In this document: in pieces, positions 9,725 to 19,767 of the stretch
Numbering within the stretch: the stretch's first letter is position 1
How the letters are laid out: each line of letters starts with the position of its first letter
Source: an uncultured cyanobacterium
GTDB lineage: Bacteria; Cyanobacteriota; Cyanobacteriia; Cyanobacteriales; CAWUOF01
Direction: 5' to 3'
Length of the DNA stretch: 64,000 nucleotides
Assembly (NCBI GenBank): GCA_963744145.1
Contig: CAVUSO010000001.1
Span: 7,296,001-7,360,000 of the forward strand
Notes under the pieces: generated by a model
Database searches by the model: none
Told to the model about the DNA's origin: nothing
Seen by the model: the letters and a program-made list of their open reading frames with translations, nothing else
Made by a program: the position numbers and the translations under genes

Positions 9725-11731
9725 TTATGATAGATAAGTATAGCGTCCTAAACTACGCTCATAATTTTGCAATAGCAGTTGAGATTCTTGGAGAGTAATC
9801 TGATTTTGTTGTAACGCTTGTTCAGCTTGGAGACGGATACTTTCAATCATATCTTCCGTATCATACTGCACATATCCTAACACTTCTTTCATGGTATCGC
9901 CTTTAACAACATGTTCAATTTTGTATCCAGAAGGTGTTAATTGAATATGTACTGCATTTACATCCCCAAAAAGATTATGCAAATTTCCCATAATTTCTTG
10001 GTAGGCACCACTGAGAAATAACCCAATATAGTAAGGTTCTCCCGGTTTATAGGGATGTAATTCTAAGACTGATTTCACGTCCCGTAAGTCAATAAATTGA
10101 TCAATTTTCCCATCACTATCACAAGTTAGATCCGCTAATGTACCCCGTTGAGTCGGTTCTTCATCTAGACGATGAATGGGCATAATTGGAAATAGTTAAT
10201 CGATCGCCCAACTATCCGGAGCCGATTGGAAAACTGAAAGATTAACGTAATAAATTGAAGCCATGATCTTTTCTAAGTCTTCCAAATCATCCGGTACATA
10301 ATCTGCGGTACGAGCGATCGCTAGAATCTTTTCACAACAACCCCAATAAATTCGCTCGGCTTTGGCTCGATCGGTAATTCCCAAATACCCCAAATTAAAC
10401 AGACTAATTGCTTCTTCTTTGAACTGAGTAGCGTCGTGATAAGCTTCTTGATAGTTATCAACAGTAATTGATTGATAGGTTTCGTAAAGATTCCGGGTTA
10501 ATAGATGATCATCTTCACTAACTGGTGGAGGTGCTCCAGTCGGTACATCGCTAGTCCCCAGAATATCAAAAATTAACACCGATTGATGAGCAGCGATCGC
10601 CCGTCCACTTTCGCTAATTAAGGTTGGAACAGGTAATTTTTTCTCCAAACAAGCATCTTTCACACCAGCAACTACATCATTAGCATAATTTTGCATATTG
10701 TAGTTTTTCGAGGCATGAAAATTAGTTTTTGAGCCATCATAATCTACACCTAGACCACCACCCACATCTAGGTATTTCATATTACCTCCTAACTTCGCTA
10801 ATTCTACATAGATATGACTAGCTTCGCGAATCGCTTCTTTAATCGTAGTAATCGAAGAAATTTGGGAACCAATATGAAAGTGAAGCAGTTGTAAACAATC
10901 GAGCATATTCGCAGCTCGTAATTCTTCTACCGCAGTAATTATCTCCGGAATTGTCAAACCAAACTTAGCGCGATCGCCCGTAAATCCACCCCAACGACCA
11001 ACTCCTTTGGTACTTAATTTAGCCCGAATTCCGACTACTGGTTTAATTCCCAAGGTTTGACTAGTGGCAATTACCAGTGGCACTTCTTCCACTTGTTCGA
11101 GTACAATAATTGGTAATTGACCTAAACGAGTAGCTAACATTGCGGTCTCAATATATTCTTGGTCTTTATAACCATTACAAATGAGTAGAGCTCCGGGAGT
11201 TTTTAAATTTGCTAAAGCAATCATCAACTCTGGTTTTGATCCAGCTTCTAACCCAAAATGATGGGGTTGTCCAAACCGGACTAAATCTTCAATCAGATGT
11301 CGGTGTTGGTTACATTTAACTGGAAAAACACCACGATAGACACCTTGATAACTGTAGCGAGTAATTGCTTTGGCAAAACAAGCGTTTAAGCGTTCAATCC
11401 GGTCTTCTAAAATATCGGAAAAACGAATTAGTAGAGGTAACCCTAAGTTACGCTGGGTAATAGCATGAGCCAATTCATACAAATCTAGGGAACCACCCCG
11501 ATCAGCTTTGGGTGCAACTGTCACATGACCAGCAGCGTTAATCGAAAAATATGGCTCACCCCAACCTTCAATCCGATAAAGTTCCTCACTATCCTCGATC
11601 GTCCATGATTTGCTCGGGACAGATGTTCCTTTATGCTCTCCAGAACTAATTTGAACCCGCTGTGGTAAGAGAATTTCTTCCTGACCAATTGATTGATCCT
11701 GAGCTTCTGACTGAGTGGTGATTTGCGACAT
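9725..11731 (-). pseudogene. speA: Biosynthetic arginine decarboxylase with an in-frame premature TAA at 10196-10198
   Basis: PLP lysine motif FPVKCNQ, plus HFHIGSQ, DVGGGLG and TCDSDG. The two ORFs are in one frame: APDSWAID*LFPIMP, where homologues read WAIDQLFP. Confidence 0.92.
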
Positions 11732-11910
11732 AGCTGTTCGGAACCTCAACGCACGATCTATCGGCTAAAAGTCTATCCTATATTTCCACCTGACTAAAGA
11801 GTGCTGGGAGGAGGTTAAATCAGATCCACTCTGGGATTTGGGATTGTTTGCGGAAACTTTTGGGATAATCTTAATTTTGTATAGGTTAATGCAAAATCTA
11901 GGAGATTAGT

Positions 11911-12360
11911 TTGGAACGCACCTTTTTAGCTGTGAAACCCGATGGTGTCCAACGAGGACTGGTGGGTGAAATTATCCGTCGGTTTGAATCTAAAGGTTTT
12001 ACTCTCGTTGGTCTCAAGCTGCTGAAAGTCAGTAAGGAACTTGCAGAAAATCATTATGCTGTCCATCGGGAAAGACCTTTTTTTGCTGGGTTAGTCGAAT
12101 TCATTACTTCTGGACCTGTAGTGGCTATGGTGTGGGAAGGTAAAGGTGTGATTGCTAGTGCTAGAAAAATTATTGGTGCAACTAATCCCCTGAACTCTGA
12201 ACCTGGAACTATTCGTGGTGATTTTGGTGTGGATATTGGTCGCAATCTGATTCATGGTTCTGATGCTCCAGAAACAGCGGTTACAGAAATTAAACTTTGG
12301 TTTAAAGATGACGAGCTGGTAAGCTGGCAACCATCTGTAACTCCTTGGATTTACGAATAA
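11911..12360 (+). CDS. ndk: Nucleoside diphosphate kinase
   Basis: [29 protein letters not shown] and NLIHGSD. Confidence 0.98.
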   Translation: MERTFLAVKPDGVQRGLVGEIIRRFESKGFTLVGLKLLKVSKELAENHYAVHRERPFFAGLVEFITSGPVVAMVWEGKGVIASARKIIGATNPLNSEPGTIRGDFGVDIGRNLIHGSDAPETAVTEIKLWFKDDELVSWQPSVTPWIYE

Positions 12361-12378
12361 CAATTAAATAACTGTTTA

Positions 12379-12422
12379 GTTCGTAGTAAGCGCCAAGCAC
12401 GCTCTTGGCGCTTACTACAAGC
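12379..12422. repeat. GTAGTAAGCG palindromic REP / probable bidirectional terminator
   Basis: GTAGTAAGCGCCAAG...CTTGGCGCTTACTAC between convergent genes. Shorter versions occur at 18214-18238 and 34509-34534. Confidence 0.7.
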
Positions 12423-12425
12423 GAA

Positions 12426-13710
12426 TTATTTAATGTTAATTGGTGGCACTAGAGGTAAATTGGGGTCTTCTCCTAAATGACTAATATTGCCGAGGGAAAT
12501 ATCTCCTGTCGTGAGAAACCGAAAAGTTTCTTGATAAAGACTTTTCCAAAAGGTGTTACTCATCCCACGACTAACTTCAGTCGGATCTACCATGGGATGA
12601 GGAACTAAATCTTTAGTCGGATAAATATACAAGCGATGACCGTTAGGTTCAGCACCGATATCTTGGAAAAATTGCTGGTTAGTTTCAATATCAGCTGCAT
12701 CTTCATTTTCCGTCAAAACTAACATCGTCGGAATCCGACTGAGTTTTTTTCGATTCTGATCATTACGCACAAAAGCACCAAATCTGTTAGTTGCGGTTAA
12801 TGCTCCCACCGGAAACCGTAATGCTGGGTCCCAACCTAATTCTTTCAAATCTAATGGACCAGCTAAATTCACATATTGTCTTCTTTCTTCACCATAAATC
12901 TTTAGTAATGGTGCATAAGCAACTACACCTTTAATCCGATCGCTTCGATCGGCTGCTAGTGCTAATGCTACTGCTCCCCCAACTGATAACCCAACCGTAT
13001 AGATTGGTCCGGGTAGATGATCTAATTCTGCTAAACGACTCCGCGCTTGGATTAAGTAATCCAGATGAGTCGAAACAAAATAGCGATCGAAGTCTGGATC
13101 GCGATCGATATCGATCGCCAGAATAATTTTTGGTAATCGTGGTTCTAACGATAACAATCGAGCAACTAATGCTAACTGCTGTTGATAGCTAGGACGGGCA
13201 AATCCCTCTGGATTATTAATAATGTTAGTTAGATATTGTTGTAAAACGTGATCTTGGTCGATTTTTTCTTGCAACGATTGGTAAAGGTCTGGTTTAAGAT
13301 CAACTTGAGATCCAAAATTTACTAGGTGGAACAAATACATGACCTGCTAAAGAGGGTTGATAGACATTAAATCCATTCCGAAATAAATAGTCTGCTAAAC
13401 GCCACATTTGATCAGGTTTAGCGCTAAATCCATGAAAAATCATCACTGTTCCCCGAATCGGTTGTCCCGCTTCATGAAACAAATAATAAGGGTAAGCACC
13501 TACTCGACGTTGACGATTAGCATCAATAGTTTTAATATAAGCATCAATGATTAACTTTGTTTGGGCAATTTGCTCGGCACTAGGATTAATGGTAAAATTA
13601 AAATTCTCACTCAGCGTCTGAGGTTGAGCTGAGGGCAAAAATCCCTTGAAAAATTGACCAGGTTTAGCCAAACATTGTTTAATTAGTTCCAGCATAGTCA
13701 ATATCCCCAC
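12426..13710 (-). pseudogene. Alpha/beta hydrolase (carboxylesterase/lysophospholipase-like), split by a +1 frameshift near 13311
   Basis: The N-terminal part has IFHGFSA...PSLAGH and the C-terminal part has GLSVGG. Removing one base joins KFW-SQVDLKP. Confidence 0.8.
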
Positions 13711-13771
13711 ACCCTCACGTTATTTACCCAGTAATTTACCTTAAATTACTCTCTGTAAACCACTTTGACAA

Positions 13772-13800
13772 ATAAAAGGGGTGCAAACTTAATACACCCC
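13772..13800 (-). terminator. Possible intrinsic terminator after the COG0523 gene
   Basis: GGGGTG-loop-CACCCC stem followed by CTTTTATTT on the minus strand. Confidence 0.45.
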
Positions 13801-13816
13801 GATGATAATTTATAAC

Positions 13817-14947
13817 TTATTTACCAAATCCTTTGGGTTTTTCTCGTTTCGGTAAACAAACACATTCTTCTAGTTGCGATCGCAATTTTTCATGGTCTAA
13901 CTCTTGACCAATCAATACCAATTGGTTTTTTGGTTGACCTTTCCATTCGTCATCTTCGATCGAAAAACGTTTTCCACAAAGATGAAAAATATGTCGTTTG
14001 GGACTTTCATCAAACCACATAATTCCTTTAGCTCGAAACACAGTTGCTGGTAACTGATTGTCTAAAAAGTATTGAAACTTCTTAATTGCTAATGGTTTAT
14101 CACTCTGAAAAGAAATCGAAGTAAATCCATCATTTTCTAAATGATCAGAGTGATGGTGATGATGTTCGTGATCGTGATCATGTTCATGCACACAATGACC
14201 ATGATCATGGTCACAGTCATGGTGATCATGGTGATCATGGTGATCATGGTGATCATGGTCTGATTTTTCTGACTCAAAATATTTATCAGATTCAAACAAA
14301 CCAACACTCAGAATTAATGGGAGTGCGACCTGTGCTTTAGTGGTTCGGAGAATTCTTGCTCCTGGTTTAACATCGCGAATTTTGATTTCTAACAAATCTA
14401 AATCCGCTTCATCAACCAAATCGGTTTTGTTGAGCAAAATAACATCACCGTAGACAATTTGACTTTCGGCAGCTTGACTATTAAATAAATCCAAACTAAA
14501 ATTAGCCGAGTCTACTACAGTAATAATCGAATCAAGACGAGTCATGTCGCGCAGTTCTGTTCCCAGAAATGTCAGTGCTACTGGTAAGGGATCAGCCAGA
14601 CCTGTTGTTTCCACTACTAAATAATCGATTTTTTCTGCACGTTCCAAAACTTTGTAAACTGCTTCAACCAAATCATTATTAATGGTGCAACAGATACAAC
14701 CATTGCTTAATTCCACCATATCCTCACCAGTGGTGACAATCAATTCATTATCGATCCCGATTTCACCAAATTCATTGACTAAAACTGCTGTTTTGACTCC
14801 TTGCTGGTTAGTGAGGATGTAGTTAAGGAGAGTGGTCTTACCACTACCTAGAAATCCTGTAATAATGGTAACTGGGAGACCTTGTTTAGGATGATCTAGT
14901 ATCTGAGAAGGGTCCGAGGTAGCTGTTGATTGCATCATGCGAGTCAC
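13817..14947 (-). CDS. CobW/COG0523 family metal-chaperone GTPase with His-rich insert
   Basis: GFLGSGKTT, CICC, ETTGLA and NKTD motifs. The HDH tract is encoded by 9-bp tandem repeats. Confidence 0.93.
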   Translation of the reverse strand: MTRMMQSTATSDPSQILDHPKQGLPVTIITGFLGSGKTTLLNYILTNQQGVKTAVLVNEFGEIGIDNELIVTTGEDMVELSNGCICCTINNDLVEAVYKVLERAEKIDYLVVETTGLADPLPVALTFLGTELRDMTRLDSIITVVDSANFSLDLFNSQAAESQIVYGDVILLNKTDLVDEADLDLLEIKIRDVKPGARILRTTKAQVALPLILSVGLFESDKYFESEKSDHDHHDHHDHHDHHDCDHDHGHCVHEHDHDHEHHHHHSDHLENDGFTSISFQSDKPLAIKKFQYFLDNQLPATVFRAKGIMWFDESPKRHIFHLCGKRFSIEDDEWKGQPKNQLVLIGQELDHEKLRSQLEECVCLPKREKPKGFGK

Positions 14948-14987
14948 AAAAAAACTTGGTAAGTGGGAAGCTCAGGTTCTTTAGACC

Positions 14988-15105
14988 GTTCGACTTGTCC
15001 CTGAGTTTACCCTGAGTTTACCCTGAGCGAAGTCGAAGTTTACCCTGAGCGTAGTCGAAGGGGGCGGAGTCGAAGGGCGGAGTCGAAGGGCGCTCACTTA
15101 GAGCC
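14988..15105. repeat. Five nested 22-24 nt SDR-like mini-elements (core TGAGCGNAGTCGAA)
   Basis: 118 bp = 4x24 + 22. Removing them one at a time restores the IS left hairpin. Confidence 0.85.
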
Positions 15106-15237
15106 TGAGAGGGAAACGACCCAAGTGGTTTTAACCACTAGAGAATATTTCTTAATCTTACCATTGCTTTTGTAGAAAAGACTTGCTTTTTTCTCGACAT
15201 TGAGCTATGATGTATATAGAGAAAAGAAAGTGATCAA

Positions 15238-16471
15238 ATGGTCAAAAGAAAGAAACCCGAAAAGAAGCCCCAAGTACCGTTAGGTGTTCAGCAAAATTTA
15301 ATTGATGCTGGTTCAGAGTTAAAGGCAATTCTTGAATTTATTTGCTCAGAGTCCAATAAACTACACAATTGTGCTAACTATTACGCTCGTCAAATCTGGT
15401 TCAAAACTCGCAGATTTGTAACGAAGTTTGAGATTGGGACGTATCTAATACAAACTAAAAATAGACATTTTTCTGCCCTACCATCCGATGCCGCAACACA
15501 AACTTGTAATGCCGTAGGTGAGTCAATTAGTTCCTTCGCCAAGTTACGAGAACTTTGGCTGAGTGGTAAACTCGAAACTAAACCCAACTTGCCCAATTAT
15601 CGAAAACCAGGCTATCAATTAATTGCCTATCCGAACCAATCGCTGAGACTAATTGATGGCAAGATTAGATTTCCTTTAGGATTGCAGGTCAATGCTTGGT
15701 TTGGCATCAAAGAATTTTTCCTACCAATGCCAACTAACCTAGATTTTGAGTCTCTTAGAGAGGTCAGGATACTCCCTAGAAACGGTTGCTTTTATGCTGA
15801 GTTTGTCTACCCGAACTTAGTTGAGAAACCTGTCCTAGACCCGTCGAAGTGCTTAGGATTAGATCACGGGTTAAATAACTGGTTGACAGCCGTTAGTAAT
15901 GTAGGGACAAGTTTTATTATTGATGGCAAACACTTAAAGTCAGTCAATCAATGGTACAACAAACAAGTAGCTAAACTCAAAACTAATCAACCTCAAGGTT
16001 TCTGGTCTAATCGTTTGGCAGCAATGACTGAGAAACGGAATAGACAGATGAGGGACGCTATCAACAAAGCGGCTCGAATAGTGATAAAGCACTGTTTAAA
16101 TAATGGGATCGGGACTTTAGTATTTGGTTGGAATAAAAGCCAAAATCCAACAACTATGTGAGTTGTACGGCATTAAGTTTGAGGAAACTGAAGAAAGCTA
16201 CACCAGTAAAGCTAGTTTTTTAGATGCGGACACTATCCCTACTTACGGTGAAAAACCCGCAGGATGGAAAGCCTCTGGAAAACGAGTCAATCGTGGCTTG
16301 TATTGTAGTTCTCAAGGCATTCAAGTTAATGCTGACTGCAATGGGGCAGCCAATATTTTAAGAAAAGTAGCGATGAATCTTGGGCTTGTCCTAAGTGAAA
16401 TCAGTAGAGGTGTTTTGTACGCGCCTTTGAAGTTCAGATTCTGGACTCTTCAAGAATCTCGGTGTCTTTAG
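15238..16471 (+). pseudogene. tnpB: TnpB RNA-guided nuclease with internal deletion and frameshift near 16140
   Basis: RuvC-I GLDHGLNN, EESYTSKASFLD, and RuvC-III NADCNGAANI. GWNKSQ is joined out of frame to KIQQLCELYGI. Confidence 0.88.
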
Positions 16472-16502
16472 ACCTGAGAGTATCAAAAAAGCCTAATCTA
16501 CT

Positions 16503-17741
16503 TTAAAATATTATTGGTTCAAATTTAGGACATTTCTGTCCCACATCTGGCTCGTCTAGTCGCTGAGGTAAGATCATCTGACTGGCGATCGGATGATGCG
16601 ATGGGACAAGCACTGCTAGCAATTGATCGACGATATGCTTCCAGGTTAACCGATCTGCGACAAATTGAGGACCGGTCTGACGGGCACGAGCGACAAAGTC
16701 CGGTTTTTCCATGACCGTTTCCATTAAGCAAATCAGATGATCTAAGTTTGGTTGGAGGAAAAATCTCACCTCATCGTTCATTATCGTCTTTTGCGGTTGA
16801 CTCTCGATCGCCAGAGCAAAATCCGGATGAGTAAAGTCATCTGTTGACCCACCTTTGGTGCAAATTACAGGTAATCCACAAGCGATCGCTTCTAATACGG
16901 GCATATTAAACCCTTCTGCTAAATAGGGTGATACATAGGCATCCGCTGCCTGATAAAGTTGTGCTAGTTGCTGAAATGATAAATTTTCACCGATATATCC
17001 TAATTTTTGTCTCATTTTTTCCCGCTGATCGGGCTGCATAAATTGCAACATTTTGGTTAAAGCTTGCTTTGATGCAAATAAAGAATCTGTGCCTTTTAAT
17101 ACTAATCTTGCTTGGGGATAACCTGCCGCGATCGCTGCAAACCCTTTTAATAATCCCGACATTCCTTTATTATTTAACATGACTCCAATATTTAAAAATA
17201 TAAAGCATCCTTCCCAACCTAATTGACGTCGTAAAGCAATCCGTTCAGGTTCTGTTAAAGGTTTATAAATATTTGGATCTATCCCCAAGGGAATCGAAAC
17301 TACTCGATTGGGATCAGCCCCGCTCCGCAGAAATCCATTTCTTGACCAATTAGATGTAGTGACAATGATCGTATCGGAATGAGCAAAAGCGGTTTGCATC
17401 GTTTCATTGTTTCTGATCGCTGTATTGTGAACTATTCCCCATTCGGTAGTACCAAATACACAGGTACGTTGAGCCGAAGATGGTCGAAAATCAAAAGGAT
17501 AAGAAACTCGCCAAGTTGCATCCGCAATTAAGTTTGGAGGTGGACTAGGAATTGCTTTTAATTTTGCCTCATTTTCTGGATCAAATAATCCTGTGACTGG
17601 TTGCCAACTAGGCATAGCATAGGGTAAATCTTGGTGGAAAAGCTCAATTTCAGGACGTTTAAGCATTTCCAACATTTCAAATTCACTAAGAATGGCGTGC
17701 GATCGCGCAATAAAGCGCCAACCTTCAACAACTATTTTCAT
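16503..17741 (-). CDS. Glycosyltransferase family 4 (GT-B)
   Basis: YVSPYLAEGFNMPVLEAIACGLPVI signature. Confidence 0.9.
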   Translation of the reverse strand: MKIVVEGWRFIARSHAILSEFEMLEMLKRPEIELFHQDLPYAMPSWQPVTGLFDPENEAKLKAIPSPPPNLIADATWRVSYPFDFRPSSAQRTCVFGTTEWGIVHNTAIRNNETMQTAFAHSDTIIVTTSNWSRNGFLRSGADPNRVVSIPLGIDPNIYKPLTEPERIALRRQLGWEGCFIFLNIGVMLNNKGMSGLLKGFAAIAAGYPQARLVLKGTDSLFASKQALTKMLQFMQPDQREKMRQKLGYIGENLSFQQLAQLYQAADAYVSPYLAEGFNMPVLEAIACGLPVICTKGGSTDDFTHPDFALAIESQPQKTIMNDEVRFFLQPNLDHLICLMETVMEKPDFVARARQTGPQFVADRLTWKHIVDQLLAVLVPSHHPIASQMILPQRLDEPDVGQKCPKFEPIIF

Positions 17742-17815
17742 TATATATTGAACTAGAATTTAATATTTTTGACAATTTGCCAACAAAAAGTAGATTAATT
17801 TCCCAAATGTGTCAT

Positions 17816-18213
17816 TAGACCTCTTGCAAAAGTCCTTATTCATCTATTTATTGACAGGCAAGATGCCTGTCCCACCAGAAAAAATCACTTTTGTGGGACA
17901 GGCATCTTGCCTGTCCTATTTATTTTTGCAAGAGGTCTATTATACTCCAGTACAGTTCAGTTTATTCATCTATTTATTGACAGGCAAGATGCCTGTCCCA
18001 CCAGAAAAAATCACTTTTGTGGGACAGGCATCTTGCCTGTCCTATTTATTTTTGCAAGAGGTCTATTATACTCCAGTACAGTTCAGTTTATTCATCTATT
18101 TATTGACAGGCAAGATGCCTGTCCCACCAGAAAAAATCACTTTTGTGGGACAGGCATCTTGCCTGTCCTATTTATTTTTGCAAGAGGTCTATTATACTCC
18201 AGTACAGTTCAGT
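17816..18213. repeat. Short MITE (TIR TAGACCTCTTGCAAAA) amplified as 3 identical 126-bp tandem units
   Basis: Units start at 17836, 17962 and 18088. Each has the GACAGGCAAGATGCCTGTCC hairpin pair and the right TIR TTTTGCAAGAGGTCTA. The left TIR occurs once, at 17816. Confidence 0.92.
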
Positions 18214-18262
18214 GTTCGTAGTAAGCGTTTACTACGCAAGCAAGCTGATCTGAACCATATTG
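18200..18262. mobile_element. Tiny TIR-bounded element carrying a GTAGTAAGCG palindrome
   Basis: Imperfect inverted ends CAGTACAGTTCAG ... CTGAACCATATTG around GTTCGTAGTAAGCGTTTACTACG. Confidence 0.5.
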
Positions 18263-18300
18263 CATTATATTCTAAGTTAAATTGAAAATTCACAATTGAT

Positions 18301-19761
18301 ATGACCATCTTGCTGTACAACACTCTTACCCGTCGCGAAGAACCTTTAGAAACTCTCGAAGCAGGCAAAATCCGGATTTATGGCTGCGGTGTGACGGTGT
18401 ATGATTATTGTCATTTGGGTCATGCTCGCTCTTACATAGTTTGGGATATCCTGCGGCGGTATCTACAATGGCGGGGGTATGAGGTGCGCTATGTGCAAAA
18501 TTTTACCGATATTGATGATAAAATCCTGAATCGGGCGAAACAAGAAGGATCATCAATGGAAACTGTGGCTGAACGGTTTATTGATGCCTATTTTCAAGAT
18601 TTAGATCGGCTTAACGTCAAAAGAGCAGATGAATATCCACGAGCAACTCATACCTTGGATGGGATCAAACGGTTGATTCATGAGTTGGAATCTCAGGGTT
18701 ATGCTTATCCGGCTGGAGGAGATGTTTATTATGCCGTACAGCGATTCGCTGAATATGGTAAACTGTCTGGTCGCAAGCTCGAAGATCTGCAAGCTGGAGC
18801 GAGTGGTCGGGTAGAGGTGGAGGATTCTGATGTTCAGAAAAAGAAATATCCCTTTGATTTTGCCCTCTGGAAAGCTGCGAAATCTGGTGAACCTTTCTGG
18901 AATTCTCCTTGGGGTGATGGTCGTCCTGGGTGGCACATCGAATGTTCGGCTATGGTTCGCGATCGCTTAGGAGATACGATTGATATTCATGTTGGTGGTG
19001 CTGACTTAATTTTTCCCCACCACGAAAATGAAATTGCCCAATCGGAAGCAGTCACTGGTAAACCTTTGGCTCGCTACTGGCTCCATAATGGGATGGTCAC
19101 GGTAGCTGGTGAAAAAATGTCCAAGTCCTTGGGCAATTTTATTACTATTCGTGAGTTACTCGATCGTCCTAATGCCCCAGATCCAATGGCTTTACGTTTA
19201 TTTGTCTTACAAGCCCAATATCGCAAACCCATCGATTTTACGGATGAGGCGATCGCTAGTGCCCAAAATAGTTGGCATACTCTGAAAGAAGGCTTGTTAT
19301 TTGGCGAAAAATATGCTAAGAAGTTGGGCTGGGAATTAGAAACATCCCCATCGACCTTATTAGATGTCAAAGCTGTTGAAAGATTTCAAGCAGGGTTAGA
19401 TCATGATTTTAATACCCCTGAAGGTTTAGCAGTTTTATTTGAATTAGCTAAAGAATTACGTCGAGTAGGTAATATTTTAGTCCATGAAGGAAAAACAGAG
19501 ACTTCCTCAGATATCCTTTACCAACAATGGCAAACTCTGGTTGTTTTAGCCCAGGTTTTGGGTTTAGAAGCTAAACTGGAACCAGAATCAGATATCTGTC
19601 AGGGATTAACTGATCAGGAGATTGAAGATTTAATTAACCAACGACAAGCAGCAAGGAAATCGAAAAATTTTGCCGAAAGCGATCGGATTCGCAATGAACT
19701 CCAAGCTCAAGGTATTATTTTAATCGATCAACCAGGTGGAGTAACAAGTTGGCACCGCTAA
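18301..19761 (+). CDS. cysS: Cysteinyl-tRNA synthetase
   Basis: CGVTVYDYCHLGHAR, GRPGWHIECSAM and KMSKSLGN. Confidence 0.98.
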   Translation: MTILLYNTLTRREEPLETLEAGKIRIYGCGVTVYDYCHLGHARSYIVWDILRRYLQWRGYEVRYVQNFTDIDDKILNRAKQEGSSMETVAERFIDAYFQDLDRLNVKRADEYPRATHTLDGIKRLIHELESQGYAYPAGGDVYYAVQRFAEYGKLSGRKLEDLQAGASGRVEVEDSDVQKKKYPFDFALWKAAKSGEPFWNSPWGDGRPGWHIECSAMVRDRLGDTIDIHVGGADLIFPHHENEIAQSEAVTGKPLARYWLHNGMVTVAGEKMSKSLGNFITIRELLDRPNAPDPMALRLFVLQAQYRKPIDFTDEAIASAQNSWHTLKEGLLFGEKYAKKLGWELETSPSTLLDVKAVERFQAGLDHDFNTPEGLAVLFELAKELRRVGNILVHEGKTETSSDILYQQWQTLVVLAQVLGLEAKLEPESDICQGLTDQEIEDLINQRQAARKSKNFAESDRIRNELQAQGIILIDQPGGVTSWHR

Positions 19762-19767
19762 GAATTT

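Larger units (their letters stand above)
14961..16486 (+). mobile_element. IS200/IS605-family tnpB-only element (IS1341-like)
   Basis: Matching subterminal hairpins: CTCAGGTTCTTTAGACC/TGAGAG on the left (interrupted) and CTCGGTGTCTTTAGACCTGAGAG on the right. Right end is TCAA. No tnpA. The left boundary is approximate. Confidence 0.8.

Noticed and set aside
10196..10198. Genome-wide TAA-to-Gln recoding
   Set aside because: TAA terminates ileS, ndk, cysS, mnmE and typA at their expected ends.
14155..14260. 9-bp tandem repeat as a contingency locus
   Set aside because: It encodes the His-rich tract typical of COG0523 proteins and stays in frame.
17836..18213. Possible CRISPR array, and ORFs 17809..18285 and 17907..18221
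   Set aside because: The units are wholly identical with no unique spacers, and there are no cas genes. The ORFs are by-products of the 126-bp period.
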